Origin: Felis catus
Taxonomy: Eukaryota
DNA: 64,000 bases
Reading direction: 5' to 3'
Assembly: GCF_018350175.1 (NCBI RefSeq)
Contig: NC_058368.1
Coordinates: 34,660,001-34,724,000, forward strand
Shown here: in pieces, positions 1 to 12,414 of the stretch
How the letters are laid out: each line of letters begins with the position of its first letter
Position numbering within the stretch: the stretch's first letter is position 1
Notes under the pieces: generated by a model
What the model was told of the DNA's origin: nothing
Seen by the model: only the letters and a program-made list of their open reading frames with translations
Databases searched by the model: none
Position numbers and translations under genes: made by a program

Positions 1-1450
1 TATTAAGAATATTTTAAGCCCAGTGTCTGGAGTTGAATAATTTGGTAGAGTAGCCTGAGGAAAATGTCTCTCTCTCTCTCTTTCTCTCTTTCTCTCTTTC
101 TCTCTCTCTCGTCCCTTTCCATTTACAAGTGACTTGTTCTTTTGCCTTACTAACAAATGTTTATTTTAAAATTCCAATAAATTTACTAGGCTATATCTTC
201 ATATTAACCATTGTACATTTCCCCTAGTACACACTACAACTTTCAATATGTAGATTCAAAGCTTCCTGTCATTATTATATTTTGAAATATTTATTGTTAC
301 ATTGGTGTGAAACATTCTCCTTTGACTATCTTCTCATCTATCATTGGACAACTCTGCCTTAACTCCTAGCTTGTTTGTGGGTATTCTTTTCAGGGGGAAG
401 TGTTGATTCTTCATTTCTATCCTCCATATTCCTTATTGTGTTTCCCATCATCTCTGTTCTTGTGTGTCACTCAATTTCATCTTCTATTCTGTTTCCTTCA
501 TTTTCTTTCCAGAATTTAGCCAGTCTTTAGGCCATACATTCCCTGAGTTCTTATGTTTCAGTTCTGTGTTATTTTATACGTATATTCATGCTTGAATCCT
601 TTGTTAAAATTTTCTTTCAATTTGCAACAACATATTTACTAAGTGTTTTTCCTTTCTTTGATTTACTGTTCATTTGCATTTTTTTATTTGCATAATTTTT
701 ATTATAATATTGTTGTCCTAGATCTCTTTGAGTTACTACTGGTTGAAAGAGTTGGACTTTCCTGAAACATTTGCACTGTTTGTTTTATTTTTATTTTTGG
801 CTAATTGGAGGGTGACGGCATCTGAGATTGTCTTCTAGGTTTCCTAACTCAAAGGCTACCTCTTCTGTCACTTGGCTGATCAAATGTTGTATTAAAATAT
901 GGTGCCTCTGGAGGCTTTCATTTTGTCTCTTTGAAGACAGCTAGTTTCAGGAAGGCTCCCATCCCTACCTGTGCACCCTGGCTTCCACTGACTACTGTAA
1001 CCAATCTTTTCCAGATTTCAAGGCAAATAATGCACACTTAAGTAATGTAATTTTGCTGGAACTTCTGAGATTTGCTATACCAGGATTCTCACCCAACCTC
1101 CTTCACTGGAACCTAACCAGAAACATACTTTATATGCCTCCACTCTCTACCTTTCCTGGGTAAGCGCTTTGTCTGATCTATTACATCATTTCCCAGCTGT
1201 CTACCATTTGCAATTCAGGATGGGTAACTGATCTTTGAGAACATACCCTTTTAGAAGCCCTCTCTGGAATCTGCTACTGCTTTCCCCTTCAGAGTTCCAT
1301 TATAAAACACTCTGCCATTTCCTGTACAATGCACCCTAGCACCACAGCTTCCTGTGTGCCTTTGATTATCAATAAGCTCTTTGCCTTATGTTGGCATTTA
1401 TGCATTCCCTCTAATTGCTGCAATGAAGGCTTGCCTTTTTCTCCCCTTTT
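1..1450 (-). mobile_element. Possible highly decayed ancient L1/HAL1-like fragment
   Basis: T-rich sequence with L1-antisense-like phrases and no ORF; recognition is weak and the boundaries are approximate. Confidence 0.3.
67..110. repeat. (TC)n imperfect microsatellite
   Basis: Directly visible tctctc tract. Confidence 0.9.
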
Positions 1451-1519
1451 ATGCAGATTTTTCAAGTAGTGAACAGAAAGATTCATATCTAAGATGTTGC
1501 CACATTTATACCTGCACCA

Positions 1520-1650
1520 TTTCAATTTCACTGAAGAAACCAAATCCATAGTGGGTAAATTAGATGCTAACATGTCCATGGAAAGTAGTGACAGAGAAGG
1601 TACTAGAACTCAGACACTTATGTTCCAGTCTAATCCTCATTTGCCATACA
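1520..1650 (-). mobile_element. MIR fragment
   Basis: tgaagaaacc...gtgggtaaatt...ggtactagaactcag resembles the MIR core in antisense. Confidence 0.45.
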
Positions 1651-3789
1651 TATTACCTTTACCCTGTCTGGTACACACCTAGAGATCACTAATGCTTTGC
1701 TTTTTATACCAAATCTAATGCTAATCAACTTTTTAGTGATGTTACACAAGTATCATTAATTACTCATGTAAGATTGTTCCCAAATTCCTTAAATTCAATT
1801 ATTTCTTGGTTGTGTCCTAGGCTAGTGGTCAGCTATTACACACCAGGGAATTGGTAATACAAATGTTTTTATCAGGTCTGGATTATACAAACGTATATAC
1901 ACACAATTGTGTGTATATACAATATATAAACAATTAAGATATATATTTGTATAACTTTATATAATTAATGCTATTAAGAATTTTTTCCCAACTAAGAAGA
2001 AAGAAAAGAAAGAGATCAGTGAGATGGAATCAGTGAGATCACCAGCAAGTTGGAGGAGGCTTTGAATAATATAAATTCTTGTTTTCATTTCTTATTTATA
2101 AACAAACCCAAAGTTATGGGAAACAAAGGGAAAAAATAACAGAGCATAGAGGCAAATTGCCCATCAGATGATATTATCTGGTACTATAAGGAGCTTTTAG
2201 AGAAGAAGAAAATACCACAAAATCATTTTATAATCAGTATTCTAAACACAACTTTGCCCTAAATACTGCAGGAGACATTGCACAGCCATTTTTAATTTCA
2301 AAGATACAACATCTCTGCAGAATTCAGCTCTCACCAAATGCTTACAGAAATTATTTCCAAGGCTCTGATACCATTAAGTGAAAACGATACAAATGATCAT
2401 GAGCATGTGGTTGAATCCACTAACTTCTACTTTATCCATAATAGTTTAGCTCACTGAAGTTTTTAATTGTTTAAACCACTTCAGTCAGATACTGCTACGA
2501 TTCTCATTCACCAACCAATATCTACCAGTGAGTAGCAATCTACGTGCTTGGCTTTAAAAACTCTTGTGCTCTAATGAATGTGTGGCAGAAGGTGCATGAC
2601 AAGATTACTGAGTAGTTCACCCCTTGGTCTCTTTTTCTCTTGGGTTTTTTCTTTTCCGTAATAAAGTCTGAGCAAACTATGTACCACCTGAGATGGGCAA
2701 TTTGTCTGTGGGCCATGTTTTGCACCCTTTTTAAATTGGATAGTATGTTATTTCTAATTCAGCAAAGAGAATTTAGAAAACTTCACATGGCTGTATCCAA
2801 AGGCTTACTAGATATTTTTTAGAGTCAGCCCTCTTTGCGCAAATGCAGTTTAGAACCAATAACCTATCATTAAGAGGAATCTCAGCCTTTCCATAATAGT
2901 GGAAACTTTTGGGAAACATCCAATTAATAGGACATGCTATTTTGAATGCAAGCAGTTGTTTTGGCCACAAAATTTTTGCAGGAACAATGGCTGCTCTGTC
3001 CTCCAGAAGCGTGTTGAAGCTGTAGCTAAGGTCACAATAGTGATGGCTTCAGTCAAACCATCCATCCATTAATGTGAGCCAAAGAAGATCATACGTTGTC
3101 TTGTCTAGCAATTTGCTGAGCTATGATTGCTGTATCTCCTCATTTAGGAAATGGCAAAGAATTAAAGAATAAAACTTACCCAAAGCGAAGAAGCAAGGGA
3201 CAGACTGTCACAAAATTGACTCATAAGATTTGAGGCTGTTTACTCTTACTGAGATTCTTTTTTCTGCTTTCAATAAAAGCCAGCTCTCTGTTCACCCATT
3301 CACTCATTATCAATGACAACAATAACAACAAAATTGCACGTTGGCCTAGAACACACAAGGTATGCCAATAAAAAGTCAAATAATTCTTTTTTCTCTCTGG
3401 CAATTCTAAATGGTAATATTTAGAGATTTGAGAACAACTACTTAAGAAAATTATAGATGTTCTCTTTCTTCACTAGATAGAACCTTGTCATATGTCTCAA
3501 ATTTTACAAACTTCAGAGATAGCTGATTTACTATTATATAAAGTATAAAGGAGACATCTCTTTTTCAAAAAAGTTCTCAGGGTTATTCCATATGACAGAC
3601 TATTTCCCACAACAAGGACATGGTGAAATAATATGTGATTAATCTTAATGAGGCTATACAAATACAGGAATCTATGTTCCTAAACCATTTAATCTAGGAG
3701 TTTTAAGAAATCTCATTATTCTATTTTTCTGGAAAAATTAAGGTGATATGACGATCTCTGAAGGCTTAAAGAGAATTCTTGATTCTACA

Positions 3790-3960
3790 CATTACTAACC
3801 TCTAATCTTAAATTATGTAATTTTCATAATCCCCATTTTCTTATCTTTAAAGTGAGGAGAATAATTATGACCCCGCCCCATTTGCCTTACAGAGTTTTTT
3901 TAAATAATAAACCAAAAGATTATCTGTGAAAACACTTCATAAGTTATAAGCTATCATACA
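3790..3960 (+). mobile_element. MIR fragment
   Basis: ttttcttatctttaaagtgaggagaataat...ccttacagagtt...tctgtgaaaacactt is a MIR core/3' pattern. Confidence 0.55.
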
Positions 3961-5173
3961 AAGGTTTCTTGTTTTCACATTGGTTCATGTTGCACTATTC
4001 TCTTTTGATCACTTTGATGGGCTAGAAGAAGGAAAATAAGATGACTCATGTTTTCAGTTAGTTTATATATTTTTTCACTGGAGGTTAAAATGCCAGAGTA
4101 TGGTTTTATCATTTTCTCTTTAGACATTTCTAGGAGTTAGATATTGAATTAAATCAGCACATCTTCCCTTCAGCTTAAATACAAAGACTTCCAGAATGTT
4201 ATTCTCCCAAAGACATTATTTATAAAATATAAATGCAGATGCACTTTTCCACCTCATTTAAATCAAGTTAATGACTCCCATCCTCTTTAGTGGGCATAGT
4301 CTCCATATTTTTCATGAACTTTGAGAAGGGTACTTGAAATACTCTGCTATCTGTTAGAAATGCCTAATACCTGAGCTTGATTCATCTGTAAAGATGCTCG
4401 ATTCTATGTCCATACTTCTCGTCATGACTGAAGGATGTATCATATTGATTTATTGATAGTTCTCTGTTGGGAACAGTGCTAAAATGGTATCTCATTCTTA
4501 ATCTAAACAGATATACTTAAAATGTAAATAAGTTTCCCTTTGAATCCTGAATTATTTTCATACACAGTTAAGAGACATATTCTCTCTAAAACAGGATAAT
4601 GTTTCACACTCCTTTACAATGACAGCGAGACAAACCTAATTGAAAATTTCAAACAAGTTCATGCTCTTTTGTCATACCTTCCTTCTCAGGTGTTACATAG
4701 AATGCATAAGGAGGGAGTTGTAAAACTCCCTGCAAAAGTCAGCTCTTCCTATCCTCTTTAAAACCTTTTTGTAAGGCATCTGTATATATAGTTTAACTAA
4801 TAATGTCGGAAGAGAGGTTTCAAATTAAGGTTATTTCACTGACTCAAGATAAAGGAATTATACCAAATATATAGGAAGGAAATAATACTTATAAATAATG
4901 ACAATCTACATTTCCATAAGATAGGGTCAGTCCAATTCAATTTGTAAACTGTATGCCTACCCAGTCATCAGAGATAGATTATATACTGCATAGAAGAGGT
5001 ATACAAAAATGCTTCTTGCTTAGATGTTTGGGTGGTGAATGATTCTTCAAAATGGAAAAAAATCCAAGATATAAAATGCAATAGCATATCTATGAGTGTA
5101 AATCAATATAAAAATAATCAAAGAAAAAGGAGGCTTATAGTTCATTATTATTTTTTTTAATGCTGTAAAAACA

Positions 5174-5405
5174 GGTTGCCTGGGTGGCTCAGTCAGTTGA
5201 CCACCGTCTGACTTCAGCTCCCGTCATGATCTCACGGTCCGTGGGTTTGAGCCCTGCATCAGGCTCTGTGCTGACAGCTCAGAGCCTGGAGCCTGCTTCA
5301 GATTCTGTGTCTCTCTCTCTCTCTGCCCCTCCTCCACTCATGCTCTCTCTCCTTCTCACTCTCTCTTTCTCTCTCTCAAAAATAAATAAACATTAAAAAA
5401 TTTAA
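5174..5405 (+). mobile_element. CanSINE (SINEC, older felid/carnivore subfamily)
   Basis: tRNA-derived head gcctgggtggctcagtcagtt, (CT)n tract, aataaa/A tail; decayed TSD aatgctgtaaaaaca / aaagctgtaaaatca. Confidence 0.95.
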
Positions 5406-5627
5406 AAAGCTGTAAAATCAAAGAGCTTAAAATTAGAGTCAAAGATTATGACAGCAGCCGATTATCATCTAATATCTGATTTAAGGCAAACGTCTAAAAT
5501 CTAGAATACTTAAAGCATTATTGAGCAGGCATATGACATTACAGAAATAAAAAAGATATACTTGAAAATGACCAGACCTCTGAAATGGAATTGATTTTCA
5601 TTGTGTCTGTCAAAAATGAAGAAAAGA

Positions 5628-5850
5628 GGGGCGCCTGGGTGGCGCAGTCGGTTAAGCATCCGACTTCAGCCAGGTCACGATCTCGCGGTCCGGGAGTTCG
5701 AGCCCCGCGTCGGGCTCGGGCTGATGGCTCAGAGCCTGGAGCCTGTTTCCAATTCTGTGTCTCCCTCTCTCTCTGCCCCTCCCCCGTTCGTGCTCTGTCT
5801 CTCTCTGTCCCAAAAAAATAAATAAACGTTTGAAAAAAAAAAATTAAAAA
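5628..5850 (+). mobile_element. Young SINEC_Fc-type SINE
   Basis: ggggcgcctgggtggcgcagtcggttaag head with CpGs intact; perfect 16-bp TSD aaaaatgaagaaaaga (5612-5627, 5851-5866). Confidence 0.97.
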
Positions 5851-7299
5851 AAAAATGAAGAAAAGAAAAAAGTCCACAAAATAAAATGGCATTTGATACA
5901 AATATTGCTATTATTACATATAAATTGAATATTGAGACTCCATACAATCTACTTGCAAACCAGATATTCAGACATCTAAAAATGAAATCTGTAATAGGGA
6001 TATATAGTGAAGTAATACAGAGAAGGGAATTTCGGTATTAAAAATGTGGGCACACCAGTGGAATACAAGAGTAAATTATACAAAGTCACTTTTCTCAAAG
6101 AAGAAATGTTAGAATTAATACTGGAATTTTCTTGGAAGAAACTTGGAAACATTTCAGGTTAAGAAAAGAGCTTTTTGTCTAAAAGTGATTTTCTCTATAA
6201 CTTACTACTATCATTTCAACAGGTTATTTTAACTTAATTTCAAATCTACACATAAATTACAGAAAACATAATTTATGCTGTTTAGCTTGATTTTCCTGCA
6301 GCCATCAATATTCAGCAAACCTTTGCATTTCCAATATAAGCTTTAAATGATACTGTATGAATAAGTAGAAATGAACCCATGGAGTTCCATCTTTAGCTCA
6401 AAAATCTGAACTGATCTATACAGAAGTTCTTGTTTTGGCCACCATAAAATGCATTTTCGTGTCCCTATTTGAAATGTGGAGAGCATCCAGAATGAAAAGA
6501 CATGTGCAGGTCACTGCAAAGGAAAAGATAACACTGAAACATCCTAAATATTTTTGTTGATGTATTTTAATGGATTACTATGTTTCTCTACAACACAGGT
6601 ATGCAATGACAAGAAAATCTAAAGTCAGTGATTCATGCAATGAGCAGGTACCTGTGTCACCAAAGTCTAGGCTGAAAATGTGAGTGGGTGAAGTCGAACA
6701 TTGTTACTCAAATCAACTTTCTGAGTAAATTCACAGAAGAAGTCAATGAAAAAAGGACGGTAACTGTTAAATCTGCATAGATGCAGAAGCAAACAAACAA
6801 ACAAACAAGAACAGACCAAAAAGATTCTGTTCAAATGCTAATTTAAATAAAATAGTAGGAAATTTAAAATAATTTAAATAATAAATTTAAGAATACATTT
6901 TTATATAGTTTGTTAACACACATATACCCAATACCTCCACAATCTGCCACATGACATCCCAGTTATATTTTTAAATTATCAGGTAGCAACTACAGCTAAA
7001 CAAGAATTAGATTGTATTTCCTCACATCCCTCTTTTTCAAATGCTTTTTGTTTTATGTACAAAATCATATCTGTGATCCTGGCCCAGGTGTTTAAAAACA
7101 CATCAAACATGAATATTAAGTAGATTAACAGAACTGAAGAATTTTAGAAATGGAAACATACCCCAAAGTCATTAACAAGACACTGACCTGAAGAGACAGT
7201 AATGGACTTTATGCCAGGGCCAGGGTTTGAAATGAAGAGTCCACACCACTCAGTCATCCAGGTAGAGCTAGAGACAAACACAAAACACAATGGGTCTCC

Positions 7300-7623
7300 T
7301 TCACCCTGTGTGCTTTTGCTAATGCCATTTCTTCCAGGATGGCTCTAGCTCTCCATCCACACCTGCTGTAATTTGAACCATTCTTAAATGTCATTCCAAG
7401 TTTAACCCCTTTTAACTGGTGACCACATCTGCAGTTGTTCTCTTCTCAAATACGTCTCTTACTGATCTTGAACTTTACTCTGCTTCCTGCTGTCTCCTTG
7501 GTTTGTACATTCTCATGTACATGATTAGCTCTAACTTGGATAGAAACTCTGAAGATAGGGACCCTATTACTGTTTATAATACTGCATCCTAGCACAATGC
7601 TTTGAATTATAGTTACTCGAATG

Positions 7624-7625
<2 letters not shown>
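7300..7625 (+). mobile_element. L2 3'-end fragment
   Basis: aactctgaagatagggacc...tcctagcacaatgcttt...actcgaatgtt matches the L2 3' terminal pattern. Confidence 0.5.

Positions 7626-7665
<40 letters not shown>
7626..7665. repeat. (AC)20 microsatellite
   Basis: Directly visible. Confidence 0.97.
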
Positions 7666-7669
<4 letters not shown>

Positions 7670-7704
7670 TAAAATGAATAGATACTTAAATTGTGAATTC
7701 AGAG

Positions 7705-7866
7705 CAATGTTTCTCAAAACATGATTTGAGAGCAATCTATACCCTAATTAGCCCCAAAAGAAATTAGCAACCTCCTGAATGTAAAATTTTGGGGTGGGGT
7801 TCAGAAATTTGATTTGTATCAATCTACTCAATGATACTTAAGTCTGTTAAAGTTTGAGAAATACTA
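7705..7866. mobile_element. MER5-like hAT-Charlie non-autonomous DNA transposon
   Basis: Terminal inverted repeats caatgtttctcaaa ... tttgagaaatacta; internal ggggtgggg...aaatttgatttg typical of MER5A/B. Confidence 0.65.
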
Positions 7867-9169
7867 TGGGTGGGGAGGGAATGAGGACAGGATATTTCTA
7901 TAGACTTCAATCATCCAACGCCTATCATTGTTTCGTTACCATCTACCCTATTCTCCACGTTCTTTATAAACATCTAGCCAATTCCCTAATTTTGACATAG
8001 TATTGTTTACAGTGTTCAGAGATCAGAGAATCTGCCTCTATGGGTCTTGCCAAAATATCTTTTAATGCCACCTGTAGAGATAGCATCATTTCCTGCACTT
8101 ATATTAAAATGTAGAATCACATTGGGCTTTTTCATATTTAAAATTCCTAAGTCCTCTCTGCATGTGCAGATGCTAAACCACTACCTCAATTCTGTTTGTA
8201 CTGAAGCAACTTGGTAGCTGGGGTTTTGTTCTGAAAGCTAGATATGGCTTTTTCACACTATCTAATTTTGCCATGCTATGGATTTGCTACCCTTCCAATA
8301 TTATGTGTTCCTGTTAAATTTAGTTTTATTTGTTCAGAGTCCAGTTTCTAAAATAGTAGCAAAGAAGTATCAGTAGATAATGGGTTAACTCAGGCGTTTT
8401 CAGCAAAGTAAAATAAAGCAAGCTACTGTTTTAAAGGATAAATGACTAAAGAAGAGAGGCTTTCATGAAAAGAAAAATCTTTCCAACTTTTGGTATGAAA
8501 AATGAGGAAATTATATTGACAAACATTGGCGTAGTTAGACTTTTTTTTTTCGTTGTTGTTATTTTCTTTTTTCCTTTGTCCATGGAAAGAAACAATTAGG
8601 ACTATAGTAGCTGACCACAATTTGGGGAAGTTGAATTAACTCTTTTCTGTGGTGATTGAACTCAATAATAAGTCTATATTGTTTGTTCTACTAACACCAT
8701 GTTAGAGAAAGAAAAAGATGCACACTGCAAAGTAAAGGGATTTTCATGTGAATCAAGGATTGTTGATATCTGGGAACCATGGAGAATTGTTCAGAATTTC
8801 ACAGGGCACTAAGAACTTTACAGAATTTAATTCATTTCACATATACACATTTTAGAAATTAAGACCTTATTTTAGATAACCAAATAGAATGCAGTAAGAA
8901 TGAGAGTTAAGTACTATTTTCTGAGATCACACAATTTCTACAGGACTGTGATTTGTACACCGAGTGTTGCACTTCAAAGCCCTTGATCTCTTTGCTCTAA
9001 AACATTATTTCTATGACAAAGCAAAAGATTGAAAACTTCTCTTATCAAAGCCATGGAGAAAATTTTAATATTCACAACCAAAAAGGATAGTGAGATTGGC
9101 TCATAAATTGCAGTGTTTTCTATCCTCCAATTTCTGCTCAAAATTGCTCACTATTCTTTATTTACATTT

Positions 9170-10680
9170 TTTTTCATTGAAATAGTAATGAAATTCATGG
9201 CAAAAGAGTAAAAACATGATAAAGCACTAAACAGTGCAAAATTGAATACTGCAAAAGGCCAATATCTCACCTACGTCTACCCATTAGCACTCTGTCCCAT
9301 TCTCAGAAGTAACCACTGACATTGATTCAATTATGCATCTTCTCAGAAATATGCAATGCTTATACAAGCAATATAAATATGTATATATGTACGTTTGCAT
9401 GTATGTACATGGATCCTTTTTGCATAGTCATAGAAGCATAGTATACACAAGGACATATGCTCCCTTTTTCCAAATGTATAACTGTCATCATATCTAAAAA
9501 TATATCTTCAAGATCATTTTTCAATGTATATGTAAATCTATTGCCTCTGTCTTTTTAATAACTGCGTATTTCTTCAATGCATTCCCCTATTAAATCAACC
9601 TGTTACTGCTGGAATTTATTTTTACAGTATTTTATTATCAAAGACAATGCATATATGCATTGTTACATACATGTCTGCAAATACATTCTAACAAATATGA
9701 TTCCCAGTTAAGTGTGTGTGTGTTTGAATTTTCAAATTTCTGCATTACTTTCCCAGAGATCTCAGCTATTTCCACACTTAACAGTGTTTGAAATGGCTTC
9801 TTTCCTCATACTCTTACCTACAAAATATTATCACATATTTTTGTTGTGTGCCAATGTGGAAAGTGAAAACTGGCATCTCATTATTTGTTTAATTTGCATT
9901 TAATTGTGCACAAGATTATGTTTTCATATGTTTAAAAGCCATTTATCTTTGAACGTATTTATTATAGTGAACTGCATCTTCATGCTGCGCCTGTTTTCCT
10001 CTTGCATTTAAAAAAATTTTTTTAACATCTATTCATTTTTGAGAGTGAGAGAAGACAGAGTATGAATGGGGGAGGGTCAGAGAGAGAGGGAGACACAGAA
10101 TCCGAAGCAGGCTCCAGGCTCTGAGCTGTCAGCACAGAGCCCGATGCAGGGCTTGAACTCAGGGACAGCGAGATCATGACCTGAGCAGAAGTCAGATGCT
10201 TTAAATGAGTGAGCCACCCAGGCATCCCCCTCTTGCATTTTGATCACTTCTTTTATTGATTTCTATTGATTTATAAATACTCTTTTATAATAAGGAAACT
10301 AGAATTTTGTCCATAATTTGGGCTACATACATCTTTCCCTGTTTATCTTTTGGTGTGGGTTACAATTTGCCCTGTAGAAAATTTTAAATTATAAGACTCA
10401 AATTTATCATCAATCTTTTTCTTTATTGCTTCTGGCTGCTTGTATCTTATTTTAAAACCTTCATTCTACTCCGTGTGTATTTAAAAAGCTATGCTGATGG
10501 CTACTCCTGACAACAGACCAGATATATTTCTTTCTTTCTATTCTATTTTTTTTCATACAGAATTTATTTTATTGACACAAATAGAAGTCCAGCGTTATTT
10601 TATTTTTTCCAAATATCTAGAAAATTGTTCTGAGATTTTGATTTGAAACACTGTATTTTCATTTTTTCCCCTCATAATCC
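9170..10680 (-). mobile_element. Ancient L1 (L1ME-like) 3' region, interrupted by a SINE
   Basis: Antisense L1 phrases such as gaaaactggcatctcattatttgtttaatttgcattt and tcaaatttatcatcaatcttttt. Confidence 0.6.
10010..10228 (-). mobile_element. CanSINE
   Basis: Full antisense SINE; 12-bp TSD cctcttgcattt (9998-10009, 10229-10240). Confidence 0.96.
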
Positions 10681-10699
10681 TGAACATTCTTATTAATTT

Positions 10700-10845
10700 T
10701 GTTAATAAGTTTGATTTTTTATTTCCTCATCTTTAAATGAGTATAATTTTAAGATAATTTTGAGGATTAAATTTCATGTATATATAAGGCCTTTCAACAG
10801 TGATTAGCTCATAGTAAACACTCATTATGTGTTAGCTATTATCTT
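10700..10845 (+). mobile_element. MIR fragment
   Basis: tttcctcatctttaaatg...tgaggattaaa...catagtaaacactc...gttagctattat. Confidence 0.7.
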
Positions 10846-10989
10846 TTTACTTATTGACTAATTTACAATATTTTTATAACTTCACACCTTACTGGATTTA
10901 AAATGTATTAATTTCAATAACTTTAAACAATAATGTATTTAGTAATATTTAGATTATTTTAGCTTTCTCATGAATAGACTCATGAATAG

Positions 10990-11299
10990 AATCGAAAAAA
11001 TGATTACATTGCATCTTTTAAAATATTTTAACTCATTTTTATATTTCATGATGTTGCATTGACATACTTGCAGAGAAATTTTAAGCAAAACATGGCATAT
11101 CTTTTTTCAGTTCCTGACCTAATAGAAGTAGCTATCTATTGTTTTTAACTAGCTATGCACTTTTGATATACCTTTTTAGGCACTGACATTAGTATTTCAT
11201 AAGCTATCAATTACTTATGTGACTTTTCTCTTTTTTTTTAAGTTTATTTATTTGAGAGACAGAAAGTGTGTATGTGAGCAGGGGAGAGGCAGAAAGAAA

Positions 11300-11337
<38 letters not shown>

Positions 11338-12260
11338 CTCAAGCAGGCTCTGTGCCATTAGCACAGAGCCCTACATGAGGCTCAATCTCAAGAACTGCAA
11401 AACCATGACCTGAGCCAAAATCAACAGTTGGACACAATCGACTGAACCACCCAGGAACCACTCTTTTTAATTTAGACTTTTTGATATTGAAATATCTTTC
11501 AATATCTAGGATATTCTTCCTTGTTAATTCTTTTAATTTACTGTGGAATATTGTTTACTAATTTGCTATTTAGAACTTTTTCATAAGTATGATTAAATTA
11601 TTTTGGTTTCTTCATTGTAGGCTACATTATATGTTTGCATGTTTTGGAATATATACTACATAGTGTTAAACTTGGTTTATATAAAAGTTTTAAAAGTGTT
11701 TCTTATTTTTATATATTCTGGAGCTTTAAATATAATTGGATTTATCTGTTCCTTGAATGTATGACATAAATCCATTGTGAAGATTTCTATTTCTAGTATT
11801 TTATTTTTGTTTATTTTGTAGGATTTGGGGCCATATGTTCTTGTGGTGGAGAGGTAGACACAAAGGGGAGTTTTATCAGATTTTTTCTCCATAGTCATAA
11901 TAACTACTTTGTAAAAAGTAGTTATTTAGCTTTTCAGCTAATTTCAAATTTAGTTTTTCAGGTTTTTTGGAATGGAATTAAATACAGAATTATCTTAGAA
12001 TTCATTCAATTTCCTTTGTATTTGTAGGTATTTGCCAATTTCATTCCAAACTTGAATGTTTGTCTTTTTAAAATATTTTTGCTATTGATTAGATGGATAG
12101 TAATATGCTTTATTGCTGTAATATTTTTTCAGAGATTTCCCTTGAAATTATCAATGAGTTCTAACATTTGCCTTTTCTCTAATCTATTAATTTTTTTGAC
12201 ATTTACTGTATCAACTCCTTCTCTTTGTCCTTAAGTTGATATTTATATTCTTTTTCTCAT
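10990..12260 (-). mobile_element. Decayed L1M ORF2 fragments
   Basis: Antisense L1-like phrases such as ataattggatttatctgttccttgaatgt...aaatccattgtgaag. Confidence 0.5.
11231..11460 (-). mobile_element. CanSINE (older)
   Basis: T tail, (GA)n tract, gagccaaaatcaacagttggac...ccacccagg head in antisense. Confidence 0.93.
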
Positions 12261-12269
12261 TTAATACTG

Positions 12270-12414
12270 GACAATTCCCTTTATGTAGAGTCAACTAATG
12301 GTAGATGTTAATCACACCTACAAAAGGCCTTTACAGTAACCCTTAGATTAAGATTGGATTAAATAACTAGGTAGTATCACCTAGCCAAGCTAATGCATAA
12401 AATTAACCATCATA
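12270..12414 (-). mobile_element. MLT2-like (ERVL) LTR 5' fragment
   Basis: Reverse complement starts tatgatggttaattttatgcattagcttggctagg, matching the recalled MLT2 start TGTGATGGTTAATTTTATGTGTCAACTTGGCTAGG. Confidence 0.75.

Noticed and set aside
4712..4731. 8-bp stem with GTAA loop, and a similar 9-bp stem at 31626-31647
   Set aside because: Isolated short hairpins are expected by chance.
5628..5710. SINE heads as tRNA genes
   Set aside because: They are tRNA-derived A/B boxes followed by a SINE body, tail and TSD.
10967..10990. Short tandem duplications (also 17382-17424 and about 61327-61354)
   Set aside because: Ordinary slippage-scale events.
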